DNA from: Moniliella sp. 'wahieum'
Taxonomy: Eukaryota
Assembly: GCA_003971905.1 (NCBI GenBank)
Contig: RSEE01000149.1
Span: forward strand, 1-64,000
Length of the DNA stretch: 64,000 nt
Reading direction: 5' to 3'
Shown: piece after piece, positions 36,082 through 50,048 of the stretch
Layout: the number at the start of each line of letters is the position of its first letter
Position numbering within the stretch: position 1 is the stretch's first letter
Translations under genes and position numbers: made by a program
The notes under the pieces: generated by a model
Database searches by the model: none
What the model was told of the DNA's origin: nothing
Seen by the model: the letters and a program-made list of their open reading frames with translations, nothing else

Positions 36082-39000
36082 CTACTCTTCGCGGAACTGC
36101 TCGAACGACGCCTTGGCATCGAGCAAAGCCTGGCGTTCAGACTGGTAATTCTTCAAGCTAGTTAGGACCTGTTGCTTGACCTGATCGGGGGTCTTGTCCC
36201 ACTGGGCGGTACGTTCCATCTGCTTGGTGAGACGGTCAATGTTGTTATTGGCCAGGGTGAGTTTCTTGTCCAGTTTGGCCACTTCGGCCGCGACGTTGAT
36301 CCGTCCGCGGACGAGGAGGTGGGCGCGCAAGCCCGCTTGGATCGACGCTACAGCGCACCCGGGTGGAATGGCGGTCGAGGTGTGCTCTGGTGCGCCGACC
36401 AGTACCTGTACCGCCTTGGCGCCCTTGACCAGCGTCTCGATCACCGACTTTTCCCCGCGCAGCATCTCGCCCAGGTTGGGCGACTCGGCCTCGAGGTACA
36501 TCTCCAGGTCCTTGATCAGGCCGTACTGCATCGCCACTCCACGCAGTGTCTTGACCGATTCGAACAGGAGCGTAAAGTCGCGCTTGGCCTGCTCGTCTTG
36601 CCACTCGGGGTGGGCCGACTGGCTCGGGTAGGCCGTCAGAGCAATCGTCGGGGACGTTTCGCCTTCGCGACGCGGCAGGCGCTGCCACAGTTCCTCCGTC
36701 ACGAACGGCATGAATGGGTGCAGTAGTTTCAAGCCCTGGTCCAGCACCGTGTAAAGCGTTTCTTGTGCGGAAGCCTTGGCCTGTGCCTCGGCCGAGTTGG
36801 CCACCGCCGCATGGGTGGTCGGTAATCGGCTTGATGGCTTCAATGTACACGTCGCAAAAGTCGTAGAGCCAGAACTGGTAGGCGGCATTGACAGCGTCCA
36901 TAAACTGCCGTTGAGCCAACGAGTGATTCACCTCGACAATCGTTTCCTGGAGCGAGGCCAGGATCCAGCGCTCGACCAGGCTCTGGGCACTCTTGTTGGC
37001 CGGCTTGGCCGCCGCCGTAGTCGAGGCAGGCACAAAGCCATCCAGCTTGAGCAGCGCAAACTTGGTAGCGTTCCACATCTTGTTGCAGAATTTGCGGTAG
37101 CCTTCGACACGCAAAATGTCCAGGTTGATATCGGCGTTGGCGGAAGTGTAGGCGACCAGGGCGAAGCGGAGTGCATCCGTGCCACACTGAGGGATACCCT
37201 TGGGGAAGTCCTTGCTCTGCCCAACCCGAGCTTTGGCCACCTCCTTAGCGTCCAAGTTACCATTCTCCAGTTTGGCATGCAGCGCAGGCAGGTCAATCCC
37301 CTCGATCACGTCGATCGGATCAATCACGTTGCCCAGCGACTTGGACATTTTGCGTCCGTGGGCGTCGCGGACCATACCGTGGCAGAAGATCTCGTGGAAG
37401 GGCAACGACTTGGTCAGGTGCGCTCCCAGCATCACCATGCGGGCCACCCAGAAGTAGATAATGTCCCGCCCCGTCTCGAGGAGAGAGTTGGGGTAGAAGT
37501 GGGCCATGTCGGGCGTCTGGTCCGGCCAGCCCATCAAGCTAAACGGCCACAGGCCCGAGGAGAACCACGTGTCCAGCACATCCTCGTCTTGCCGAAGAGT
37601 AAACTTCTTGCCGCCCGCACGCTTTTCCGCCTCGGCCTGAGCCTCTTCGGGGGAGCGAGCAACAATCCAGTTGGTGCTGTCGAGCTCGTCCGCTTCCTTG
37701 CCCTCCACCTCGAAGAAGTAGGCAGGAATGCGGTGCCCCCACCACAGTTGCCGGCTGACGCACCAGTCGAGGATGTTGTCCAACCACTGGTAGAACTCGT
37801 TCTTGCTCTTGTCGGGGCGGATGGTAAGGCCTTCCTTTTCAGCCAGGGCGACAGCCTCGTCGGCAAGCACCTTGGACTTGACCCACCATTGGGGCTTCAG
37901 CACCGGTTCCACCACATCGCCCGAGCGAGAGCAGATGGGCACACTCATCGGGTTGGGCTGCTCGTCAATGTACAGCTTCTTTTCCTTGAGGGCGTCGATG
38001 ACAGCCTTGCGCGCCGAAAGGCGCTTCATGCCAACGAACGGACCAGCCTCCTCATTCAGCGTGCCATCGTCATTGAGAATGTTGATAAACGGCAGCTTGT
38101 GGCGCACACCGACGTTAAAGTCGTTCGGGTCGTGCGCCGGGGTGATCTTGACAGCGCCCGTACCAAACTCCATATCCACCGCCTCGGCATCCAGTACGAT
38201 CGGCAACTTGCGGCCGGGGAAGAAGGGGTGCTCAACAAACTTGCCGTGGAGATGCTTGTGACGCGGGTCGTCGGGATGGATGGCGACGGCCGTATCACCC
38301 AGGATCGTTTCCGGACGAGTGGTGGCGATCTGGAGAAGACGCTGCTCCAGGGGGCGTCGGCGGGAGCGTCGGCAATGGGGTAGTAAAAGTGGAAGAGCAC
38401 ACCAAACTGAATCTTCTCGTTGCCGTACCCAGGGAGCGAGAGGAGCGTGGGGCCCGTCAACTCCTTCTGGTCCACCTCGAGGTTGGACAGGGAGGTGGTG
38501 AGGTAGGAAGACCAGTTGACGATGCGGTTGGCGCGGTAGATGATGCCCTCGTTGAAGAGGCGGACAAAGGCCTCGGTCACAGCGCGCGAACGCGTGTCGT
38601 CCATGGTGAACGCCTCACGGGACCAGTCGTAGGAAGAACCGAGACGGCGCAGCTGCGTCCCGATCGTCGCCGCATACTCGTCCTTCCAGGCAAACACGCG
38701 CTCTAGGAACTTGGGCCGGCCCAGGTCGTGGCGGGTCAGGTGCTCAAACTTGAGCAGCCGCTTCTCCACCACGGCCTGGGTTGCGATCCCGGCATGGTCA
38801 AAGCCAGGGACGTAGAGGACACGCTTGCCCTGCATGCGGTACCAGCGGCAAAGGGTGTCCTGGATGCTCATCGTGAGCGCATGGCCAATGTGCAGACTGC
38901 CCGTCACGTTGGGCGGCGGGATGGGGATGACAAACGTGTCCTCCTTCTTGTACGGGTCCTCGGCGTGATCTCGCGGGGGGCAAAGAAGCCGCTCTTCTCC

Positions 39001-39360
39001 CACCAGGCGTACCAGTAGGACTCGACCTTGAGCGGGTCGTACGCACTGTCCATCGGCGCCGACAGATCCTTCTTCTCGCCCGTGCCCTGGACCCACACGG
39101 ACTTTTCCAGGACGGGCTTGGGCTCCTTGGCGGGCTTCTTGCCGCCGGCCTTGGCCGGCTTGGGCTGGGAGGCAGCAGCTTTGGCGGCCTTCTTGGCGGC
39201 CAGCTGCTCGGCCTTGGCGGCCTTCTTGGCGCCCTTTTTGGACGGCGCCGCGTCGGGCGCAGCGGCGTCGGGAGCAGCAGCAGACGCAGCGGCGGGGCGC
39301 GGCGGGGGGAGGCGGGGCAGCGGGAGCGGCGCTGGGCGCAGGCTCGGTGGGGGCGCTCAT
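36082..39360 (-). CDS. VAS1: Valyl-tRNA synthetase; apparent 1-nt frameshifts
   Basis: [75 protein letters not shown], and a C-terminal coiled coil. Confidence 0.97.
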
Positions 39361-39570
39361 GCTGTGGAGGGCGTGGGCAGTGGCAGAGGAGGGGGTGGGC
39401 GCAAACAAACGCAAAAAAAAGAAGCAGCCCTTGCATCCACCCGGCCTGCCGTGGAGTGATACCCGCCTGGGAGCCCCGCCCTCTGCCTGTCGCCTCTCTG
39501 ACTCACTCCTTCCCCCGTCTTCGGACGCGCGGAACGGGGCGGAATGCGCCGCTGCACATTTCAACTCTAG

Positions 39571-39611
39571 CGTTCAACGTTCAACGTTCAACATTCAACG
39601 TTCAACATTCA
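39571..39611. repeat. (TCAACRT)5 heptamer array upstream of ValRS
   Basis: cgttcaacgttcaacgttcaacattcaacgttcaacattca. Confidence 0.9.
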
Positions 39612-39796
39612 GGCTGGATGCTGCTGGGCATCCGAGGGGACGTACGTCTAGCTACGGCTACATAATCAGACCTATCCATCCACGCCGCTCAGCCGCTGCA
39701 TGCGCTCAGGAATACAGTACACAAGTACACGCCACAGGCACAGGCCACCCTCCAACACCAACACCAACGCCAACACCAACGCAAGGAAGCGTCCAG

Positions 39797-42700
39797 CTAG
39801 TCCGCCTGCCTCTCCGGCCCAGCATCCGGTGCACATGTAGACCCGTCGGCGTCCGCTGGCGGCGCGTCCGCAGGCTCCTCTGTAGCGCACGCGGGGGACG
39901 CCGCGGGGGGCTGCGGCTGCCCAGCGTTACAGGCAGAGGTAGGCGTCTCGTCTGGGTAGGCACGCGCGGGAGGCTCGTCGTGCGGTAGCAGCGGTTGGAA
40001 TCCCGCGGTGGAATCCAATACGTCCTGCGACGGTCGTGGAGCGCCCGAGTCGGCTCTTCGTCGTCGGTCCCGCCGAAGCACAGAGGCGCGGTGCAAGTTG
40101 CGTGTGCCAGGTAACCGTGCCTCGTCCTCATCGTCGTCGTCGGTAGGGTTGATGGGGTTGGTGGTGGCAGTGGTGGCAGGAGCAGTGGTGTGGGGGGGAG
40201 TGGTGGAAGTAGTGGGAATGGTGGTGTCCATATCCTGGTCCTGGTCATTGTCATTGTCCTCGTTGTCGTCGTCGTCGTCGTCGTCGTCGTCGTACGGGAC
40301 GAGGGTCCACTTGGACGACTGGGACGGGGAGCGTACGTGTCCTCGTTTGGCCAGTTGAGCGCGGGAGCTCGTTGTCAAGCGTTTTCGCTTACGTGGCGAA
40401 GGGGCCGTAGCTTCGTCGTCGGACAAATCGTCTTGGGTCTCGGCGCGCAACGGTGCAACCGCAAGCCGGAGCGACAGGTCGGGCGTGCTGGGTGAGCTGG
40501 GCACAGGCGGCGCAGCCGCTGTGAGCTGGAGCAAGTCGCAAAATACACTGCCTAGCCTGGCATCTTTCGCCAACTGTCGTACCTTGTCCTCGTCGGGCTA
40601 GCACGCCCAGTGCCAGGCGCCGCAACGCTTCGTCAGTGACCAGGGCGTGGAAGAGGCTGAGAGCCGTACTGGTCACCACGCCGGTCCGACCGGAAGCCAA
40701 CTCGGACGAGAGCGAGGTGAGCAACGTATCGATCACGTCGGATGCCAAGAGGTATTCATGTAGTTGGTTGTTTTCCCGCGTGGCACCGACCTTGATGCAT
40801 CGCATGGCGGCTGCGACCAAGGGCCGGTCTTTGGATAAGAGCAACGCCCCACTTTGCTCCCTAGCTCGGTCGAGATGAAAAACTGCTCGGCTCGCTCCCC
40901 ATGCGACGAGAGCATGTAGGAGAGCAATCGCATAGGTGGGCCAGGAGGACCGAAGTGTCCAGCCCCAAAGGCGGGAGGGAGCGGTAGGTTGTGCTGGGTC
41001 CCGAAGTTTCCGTCCCCTCGGTCTGGCGCAGCGTTGCCAGTGAAGGCACCCCACAGAGGGGACCAAATAGGCTACGTGCATCCTCTTGGTAAAACAGGGT
41101 GAGCAACGACGGTTTTTCACCCACGCCCACGCCATCGGCAATGGGATCCAAGAGCGAGCGCAACATGTCCATCATCTGAGACTTGATTCCCATTCCCTCG
41201 CCCGTGTGAAGCAGGGAGCAAATAACCTCGAGCAGATCATTGCCCTTGGGCAGTTCGACGTTCACCTCCTTAGCTTGCTGTTGGTGCGGGAAGACCTTGC
41301 GCGTCTTGCCGTAGGTATGTTTCGGCTTGGCGCGGATCCGCGCCTCGGTAGCCGCGGCAGTGGCCTTAGTTGCCAGCGCTAGGGAACGCAGTTGCCTCCG
41401 ATGCACAATGTACTGCCGCACCGCGGGCGGGTCCAAGTCGAGAAGCATCAAGAGCATGTCGGCGGCTGCGTTGCGCACTTCCCCGGCCACCTCGGGATCC
41501 ACCTCCTCCCACTGGGCAGCGGCTAGCTCCGCATGGCTCACACCCGGTGACAATGTTGGGGAGAGGGTGACCGATGCCCGGGCGGGAGCTGAGCCAGGTA
41601 AGGTCGAGCTAGAGTCACTTGCGGGGGCCGAGGAAGGATCGGGGTTAGCCTCGAGCGGAGAGGGGTTGCGTTGGGGGCCGAGGTGGGGCTGGGGGGCAAG
41701 TCCAGTCCGACGCCGAGGCCAAATGCAATCACGTCCAGTAGCCCTCGCTGGACCAATTGCGAGCACATCTGCACTCGGTTGCCCAGTTGCATTGTCTTTC
41801 CAATCGTGGAGAGTGCTTGAAGGAACAGGACGGCATCGATCCGTTTCGCGTGGCTCACCTCTTCTGCTGGGTGGTCCGAGCCGGAAAGCGCAAAGAGCCC
41901 AAACAAGTCCGATAGGAACGAGGGATCGTTGAGACACCAGGACACAATGTCCAATTGCCAAATGAAGATGATGGACTGAAGTAGGCTGAGAAGGTTGTCA
42001 GGCAAGATGCGAGTCAAAACCACGTCGCGCAAAAAAGTGAGGCGGTACGTGTGTTGGATTTTGGCGCGCACCATCGGGTTGGAGATGGGCACCACTTCTT
42101 TAAACTCGGTCGAATGCGCAATGTAGTCGCGATACGAAGCTTTGCTCTGAGGAAAGACAGGATCGTACTCGAGCAGGCCCACAAGCGTCGGGTATACCTC
42201 GTCCTGCACCACATGCTCATACAGGTGTCCGTCTCCGAGCAGGAGAATGTCTTGGCAAATGGTGCAAATGTGGTGGAGAGCAGGCAGGTTTTCCTGTTCC
42301 TCGGCCAGAGCAAAAGTTTTCCCCAACAAAGCAAACGTACTCAGACTGCACCATCGCGTCCGAAAAGCGTTCACGAAACAGGGACGCAATACGAGCCCCT
42401 TGGGTGGGACCGATCAACGCGCCCATTCCACCGGCAGGAAGACCAGTAAACCCCCCGATGCCCTCGTCGGTGCCACATGCAGCAATCCGGCTACCGACAC
42501 TCTTGACTGTTGTTCGATCGCGGACAAGTTCTCCAGTGTTGGTTCGGGGAGGAGTTGATGATTGTTGAGGTCCGCCAGGCCTGGAAGGCCAGCCACCCGT
42601 TCCACGAGCTCCATCAGCTCATGCGTCTGGGATAGGTTCTCCCCCACCACCGCCTCAAAGCGAGGAGGAGGAGTCCATGGGATCGACGTCTGCATCTGGA

Positions 42701-43984
42701 AATGAGGCACTCAGTACAATGCTCGAAAGCAGAAGGAGAAGAAGGAGAAGAACGTACCTGAAGATCGCATGTGTTTTTGCACCTCGACAAGAAAGTCCCA
42801 GATTTCGTGGCAGCCGGATCTTTCCTGGAACGAAAGAGCCATCTCCGTTCCTGAAGGTTCGGTCCATACGATCAGGGTATCTACTCGTCCAGAACCATCG
42901 GTCAGCAATCTGCGCATTCGCACTCGCACTCGCATTCGCATTTAGAAGAGAGGAACAAGTACGAACCCTGTGTTGCTTGTACACATCGTCCTTCAACAAT
43001 GCGGAAAAGAGGAGCAAGTCGTCCTTGTCAAACTCAGAGGAGACAACAATGATGTACTGGCGTGCCCAGTCCTGGGGGTGCCAGGCTCGACAGGAGAGGG
43101 TTGCGACACGGCAAGGTCAGAAGGGGCAGAATCGGTCTTTTCAGCCTTAGCTTGCCGGTCTCCATCCGCATCCCCATCAACATCTGCATCTGCATCTGCA
43201 TCCGCATCTGTGTCGTCTGGGAACTCGTCCAGGTCCGAGTGGGTGATGGGCAGGGTGGAACAGGCAGCCTCATGCTTGGCAATCAGCAGGGCCCGGTCCG
43301 ACTCTTCATCGTAAACACCGGCACAGTACCCCGTCCCCAAATCGACCCAGGTACCGCCTACCATTTCGTACACCTTGACGCGCCTGGCCGTGCCGCACTG
43401 GTGGAACGAGCCGCGGCTAAAGGTGGTCTGTTGACTGAGCCGCGTAGGATCGCGCACGGGGGTGTCCAGCGCAGGCTCACGCTCAGGCGGAGCAGGTTCA
43501 GCCAAAGCCGTGCCGAGGTCGAGTGGTCCCGACGCGCTGTCACCATGAAATAAGAGCAAGTCTGGCTCGCTGTTGTCGGGGCCATTGGCGGGGGTGGGTT
43601 CAGGGACAGAAGGCGCGTCGAGCGAGGGCCCAGCTGAGTCCTCAGTCGAACACGAGTCGGAGCTGAGAGGAGGATCGCCCACATGGCCCGAAGGCCACGC
43701 TGGTTCCGTACCAAGCTGTGGATCGGGATAGAGGGGAGCAGCCGTAGAAGGGAAAGCGGGATCTGGGGTGGGCGAGTGCTCGTCGGATGCTTCGAGCGCA
43801 GGAGGGCCGGGGCCCCCCTCGGCCGGGTCAGCAGTTGGGCCAGGCAGCAGCTGCGGATCGGATGGGGGAAGGCGAGTGCGAGTGGGGAGGGGACGGAGAG
43901 GGGCGGAGGCGAGGCGTGCTTCAGCGGGGGGTCGCTCATGGCGAGCGAGGGCGGAGGCGAGCGGAGCTGGGGGCTGGATGCCAT
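39797..43984 (-). CDS. PSY2: Protein phosphatase 4 regulatory subunit 3 (Psy2/SMEK); introns 42881-42966 and 42696-42757; ends approximate
   Basis: EVH1-like RRVKVYEM..W.DLGTGYC and DTLIVWTEP..MALSFQE..GC.EIW; SMK-1 region GLLEYDP.F...KASYRDY, KIQHTYRL.FLRDVVL; acidic tail. Confidence 0.92.
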
Positions 43985-45594
43985 GACGACGCGCATCCAC
44001 GTTGCCGGCACGCGCGCGAGGGGGGGGAGAAGGAAGGGGTGCTCTGCGGGCAGCGCGCACGGCACACGCTTGCTACGCAGCAGGACACGGGCACGAGGGA
44101 CGCGAGAGGAGGGGGGGGGGGGAGCGGCGGGCGGGGGGGTGGCGGTGGTGGTGGTGGGAGAGGCGCAAAGGCCAGCGCATGCAGAACGCGTCTGCCCCAA
44201 GCGGTCGGCGGCGAGGCGAGGCTGGTGAGCGGTGAGCGTGAGCGGTGAGCGAGTGACTAGGGAGTGCTGCCTGGCTGCGTCGGGGGCTGGCCAGACTGGA
44301 GCGGGCGAGTGCTGGCTAGTGCTGGCTGATGCTGGCTGGAGCTGGCGTGGCCGCCGCACATCACCCGCTATCACCACACCACGCATCCTCAGGCCTCACG
44401 CACGCCTGCCACACTGCCAGCGCGCTGTGAATCACATGACATGTCACACTGGTTACACCGCATCACACCGCACACAGCGCGCGTGCGGCCCTCCGCCTGG
44501 CCCACGCACCAGCGGCCGGGTGCCCGCGCGGGAGCAACCCTATTCTCCGACGCTTCCGCCCGCAGCGCCCGTGGCCCCTGACGTTTCCGCCTCCGCCCCT
44601 GCGCCCCGTGCTGGACGCTCCGAAGCAGCTGACGTCACGCGTACGATCAGCGACCATGTTCATGCGTCCGCTACCCTCCGCTGTCTCCGCTTCGCCCGCT
44701 TCCGCTGGTCCAGCACGGCAGGGCACACGCGCCCAGCCTCAATCAACAGCCCAGCGCCACATCCCAGCCCTCAACGTACCCCCCGACCCAACGCCGCCCC
44801 CTGGCCGGTGCACGTACGTAAGCGCCCTCGTTTCAACACCCAAGGCATCAACGCCGTGACGCGTGATGGGTGATGCGTCCAAACTCTGTTTCCGCCTGTG
44901 TGCCAGTTTGTCCTCGTCCGTCCAGCGGATCATCGGCTATGGCACCACCAGTGAAGATCACTGGTTGCAGGTGACTCTAGTTTCAATTTCACTGTTGAAT
45001 ATTGAATGGATCTTGTGTTCTGCCCAGTGTCCCAGCCGGCTCAAATGTACTAACCGCCGACGCTCTTCTCCGCAAAAGCCATATGCGCTTGCCTATATAC
45101 CCCCTGGAACTTCAGTACATTGGCCACCCGAGGCGACCACTCGCTGAACACCAACAGATACCATGCACCTGAGTCAATATGACAGGGCATTGCCCCGACG
45201 CCTACTTGCTTGTTTGTCTTCGGGTTGTTCCGGGTGCGCGGCCTGGCAAAGGTCGAACGAACCGTCTTGGGTCGTCGCTGCTTGATCCAGTCGCAGGGTG
45301 GGTCGGGGTGGTCGTGACAAGCGCCACCGCTTCCGCCGTCCACATGCAGCCGCCGAACCCCAGATCGGTCCATGGGCACCTCATCGATTATCAACGCTGC
45401 TCTCTCTCCGTTCCGTGGTCTCTCATCTCAGTCTCGTCCTGCACACCAGCACTAGCACCACGCTCCGTGACCCATCTCCATAGACCAGCCAGTAGCTTTC
45501 TCTTCCGCCAGCTTGAATTGCGCACCGCGCGTCAAACCCGTGCAGGGCACGCGCCCAACGCAGCCGCCGTGTAATCTACAGTACATCGTATGGG

Positions 45595-46929
45595 TGTCAC
45601 GGACTTAGCTCAGCGTAGCGTAGGGCCTCGCGGACAGGATCAGAAAGTTGTACAGTCTCTGGGAGGTCGGAACGGTTCGACTCACGGTAAATCGGTGCTT
45701 TTGCACTTATACTAGTTGGTGAATCCGAGCGGGGGTTCGACGGGGGGGAGGGGAGATTCCTCCTCGGTGTATAGCAGAGGCGGAGGTTTTTGCGGCAAAA
45801 GGCTGTGCAGTAGATTCCGGCCTGGACAGTCCGGATGGCAACGAGTATAACGTGTCTGAGACCGTCCGTACTCATCCTCGGTACTCGCCGACAGAAGAAG
45901 AGGTAGCGCAGGGCTGCGCTGCGCTCTGACGTGAACGAGAGCGGGATCCCAGACTGACGCTGAGTCGGAACGATAGTGTTATGCGCTATGGAAGCTCCAG
46001 GAACGGGGAGCTGGAACGCCGAAGAGTGAGTAGCTGATCAGCTGGAACGGAGAGATGGATAGATAGTAGCTGGAAGTGGAGAGGCGAAGGAGGAAATGAG
46101 AAGAGGGAAGGGAAGGCATCTACGAGGAAAGATTCCCTCTACTGGATGGATTGACCCAGATGTGGGTGGTGGGTCGAAGCGGTCGGTTCGGACGCGAAGC
46201 TCCGGCTAGGGAAACGGCGAGGTGTATGGCCCGAGGGTCAAACGAGGAGGCAAGCAACGGCGACCTGGGAGGGTTCCTGCGGCACTCCGATCCGTTGCAC
46301 GCTGTGGTGGGTTGAGTGCCGGTGATCGCGGTTCTCCCCTGAATGTTCGACGTTCAGCTCACCATCCACCACTTCCTCCGTCTTCCCCGTACTCAGTCGT
46401 ACGCCGTTTCACGATGGGGGTGCACAACAACTGATGCACCCTACGAGGCACCCTACGAGTCAGATCGTTTTCTCCTTATCTATCAATCTCTCTATCTCCT
46501 CGCTCCACCTCGCCAAGCTGACTCTGATGGTTTCGAAACCCAACGCGGCCTACCAGCGGCGCTAACCGAAAGCGGGACAACGGAAAAAAGTAAAGGAAAG
46601 GCCGAATCGGTGTATAGCAGGGTAGAATGGACAGGATGGAGTGCTCTGGAAAAAAGGTATATGGACAAGAGCGTTGGGCGTCGGGCGTGGAGAGTCGAGC
46701 GCAGAAGGACAAAGACGAGGTCGAGGACAAAGACAAAGGGACAAGGATGTACACGTACGCATGGACAAAAAGAGATGGTACAGCGTGGAGAGCCAAGGCC
46801 GTGGATCAGACAGGGGTTATACCCGTCAAACAGGCAGAGTAACAGGCGCGTCGGGGAACAGGGTGAATGGATGATACGAGTCAAGAAAGATGCCCGTCTC
46901 CCAGCCATCCGCCTCTACACATCACATCA
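45595..46929. mobile_element. Cluster of probable degenerate solo-LTR fragments
   Basis: Non-coding. Segments begin TGTCAC (45595) and TGTTAT (about 45977); another is bounded by TGATG (46432) ... CATCA (46924). The 14-mer tcggtgtatagcag is shared at about 45764 and 46607. Confidence 0.4.
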
Positions 46930-47000
46930 GGAAGAGGGGGTGGGGGGAGGGGGAAGTAGGGAGTAGGCACAGAGAGCCGATGCACAGGGGAACGCAGAGC

Positions 47001-48424
47001 TCAAGCTGCCACTGTCGCTGCCGCTGCCGTCGGCTCAAGCGAGGTGGGAGACGTATGGTGCAAAACGGCATAGCCACCCTCGGGGCAGTCGATTCAGCCG
47101 AGTCCGAAACTTCCACCTCGTCAGCTTCAGCTTCAGCCTCGGCCTCGTTCGGCAGCTTGGGCGTCTTCTCCTCCGTCACCGGGGGGGAACGGGAGAACCA
47201 ACGGGACAAAAGCGAAGCACGGCGCGGCTGGGGGATGGCTTGTGGCTTGGAACGTGTTTCCTCCTCAGTGGGAAGAGCAGCGGTTTCCTCGTCCGTTTTG
47301 GCCATGGCAACTGGGCATCCAGCTCAGCCAGCTCCCGCTGAAGGCCGCACGGCGTTCCTGTGCCGCCGACCGCGTGAGCGGGGCGAGAGGGGCCGAGTGG
47401 GGGGCTTCGTTCAGGGGGGAGGAGGAGGCGGAGGGGGAAGTGGAAGCGGAAGAGCGGAAAAGAGGAAGGGGACGCCGCCGTAGCGGCCCCCAGGGCACCA
47501 AAGATACTAGGGAAGGAAGCACCGTCGTCGATGTGGTTTCACCGGGATGAGCCCAGTGTGGGGACCATCTTTCCTCCTATCGCAGAACGGGCCTGATCAG
47601 CCACCGAGCTGACCCCGGCCGCACCGAGCATTGTGCCGGCCTTGTCCAAGGCTGAGGGGGCATACGCCCGAACCGCACTCAAAAGAAAGGCGTTGGTGGC
47701 GGAGGAAGTGCGCTGCTGGGGCGGGTCCTGTGACGGAGGGGGAGGCTAGCAAGCAGGTCAGCCCATTCCATTGATCGTGGGTTGTAATAAGACGTACAAT
47801 GTTCCACAGTGCCTCGCGGGCCTTGTAGTAGGCACCCTGTCCGGCGGTGAGGATCGACTGCTTCAGAGTCGTCCGGGCCTCAACCACAGCTGCGTCAATC
47901 TCGCGCTCGTGGTCGGCCAAGAAAGGACCGAGGTGGGTGGTGTACAAGTAAGCCGCGCCCTGGTAACACAAATGGATCGTCAGTGCTCAGTGGCAACTCT
48001 GGCTGTTGTCGTCGCACAACGGAAGTACCGACAACAACGTACCTGTGTCTGAGGCAGGATCAGCCAGAGTGTAAATGCAAGTTTGCTCTCGGAGTAGAAT
48101 GGCATCCTATGCTACGGTCAGTACGCATTGAAGATGGAAGCAAATGGGCAGAGTGGACCTACCAGCGCCAAGACCAACCCAGGAACATCTCGCACGTCTC
48201 GACAACGGCAATGACGGACCAGTACATGAGCCAGGTCTCCAGCTCGGCCACCTCGGTGGGGGACTTGATCCCCTGTGCCGGAGCAGGCGGAATCCGCCAG
48301 GCGTACTGGCCTGCGGTGGGGCCTGGACGCGATGGGGCCGTGATGGCCTTGTAGGTGGCATAGAGCGGGTAAACGTATCCCGCCACCGAGGTGGTGGCCA
48401 CAATGGGAGATGGAGGAGCAGCAT
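47001..48424 (-). CDS. TB2/DP1/HVA22 (REEP/Yop1-related) ER membrane protein with about 3 introns; ends approximate
   Basis: GYVYPLYATYKAI, WLMYWSV, PFYSESKLAF.LWLILPQTQ-GAAYLY..HLGPFLADHEREID; GT..AG introns near 48108-48163, 47962-48043 and 47750-47795. Confidence 0.85.
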
Positions 48425-50048
48425 TTGTGTGGCAGCGGCAGAGGGGGGGGGGCGGGGCGGGTCGGGAAGGAAAGGGAAGAGGAGGGGGGGGAAGGGAAGG
48501 TGTCGGGGCGGGAGACAGCAGAGAAAGGAACCCCAGAGGTGGTGGGCTGGGGGAGATGGACGGTGGCTGGTGGCCAGCACTGAGGACGGGTGGGCAGAGG
48601 CAGCTGCGCTGATTAGAGCGATAGCGATTCGCACTGACGCACTGATGCGATGCTGCGCTGCTATCTTTCTTTTTTTTGCGATGGACGCCCCCTGTGTCGC
48701 CCGAAATATTTCAGCTTTCAGCCGCCATACGAGGCCTTAGTATTGAATCCGCCTTAGGGTTGGACGTTGGCTGGGCCCGTGCCCGCTCCCAGGTATCTGC
48801 GCCTAGTTGCCCTGCGACCACGCCTGGCCGGTGGGCGTGAATGGATGGAGACAACGACGCCATCAACTTCAATCGAGGGCGGGCCAACGCCAGGCACAGG
48901 GCACCCAAAAATGTGGCCTTAGATTCTCCGGGTCTTACGCTTGATCAAGTTGATCAAGAGTTGATCAACCGGGTGTGGTTCACCTCTTCTCTCCTTTCCT
49001 CATGGATGCTCTCTCATCTGTGTGGCTCTGAGCCGGCACTCGAACGCTTGCAGTGCACAGACCACAGAGAAGACATGTGGATGCGGATCGGATTACAACT
49101 TCCGTATAAATATGCTCGCAAACGCCCCCGTTTTCCGCGCTGTTGAATCTGGCAACCCAACGCCTCCTACTCCAGATAGGGAGGGTGGAGGGGACACTTA
49201 AGAAGTCGCAACGTTCCAAGAGAAGAGGCGAAGGGGACAAGATGCCGCAGAGGGTATACTCTGTATACCCCCGGCCGGTAGTACCAACAGTGCGTTGCGA
49301 AGGGGGAGGGCAAACATGAAACGGACAATCATGAACCGGTGGAGATGCACTCTGCAGCGGTCCTCGAAAAGGGAATGGCGTGTCCTCCAGATACCAGGAG
49401 AGAGGTGAGAGTTGGCCGCAATCTGTTTTGTAACACCCACCACAGTGGGCATGAGCGAGGCGGCACGCTGGGTGGCGGAGCGAAAGGTAAAAGTGGTACA
49501 TATGGCGGGCAGCGAAGCGGGCCCTACTAAAGGATGGAGACGGAGGCTGGCCCACGCACAGTGAAAAGGCGAGAAAAAGAGAGCGGATTGTGATTGTTTC
49601 TTGTGGTTTGACAGGTGGTGCATGATGTAGATTATGGAGTGAGGGAATCAGAATTGGACTCAAGCCTAAGGGCATCCTAGCTTAATGTCTACCCTCGTCG
49701 CGAGCAGGCGCCCTCTGTCCATCGCGCTGCTACATCCGAATTCATCCTGGCGCTGCTACCGTCCATAGTTGGATGCGTTGGTTGGATGGGTTGACGCTAT
49801 ATAGAATCACGTCGTTTGGTAGGACAGTTACGTTGTTCCATGAATTTAGGGCAACAGATAGAGAGGTAAAAAGGGTGTAACTGTTGGGCGTTGCGTCGAC
49901 ATGACGAGACGTAAACGTGACGTACACCAGAACTAGGGTGGGCACGAAGTATAATCAGCAAGGTTGCCAATGATATACGGGAGTCGGATGACAGCCGGGG
50001 AAGGATGGGGAAATGACAGGGGGAGGGAGGGGGAGGGGGAGGGGGTTA

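Noticed and set aside
36776..38383. 535-aa plus-strand ORF
   Set aside because: Antisense shadow of ValRS caused by high GC3 codon bias.
45600..45660. tRNA-like start (ttagctcagcgtag)
   Set aside because: A-box-like only; no T-arm GTTC motif at the right distance and no acceptor stem.
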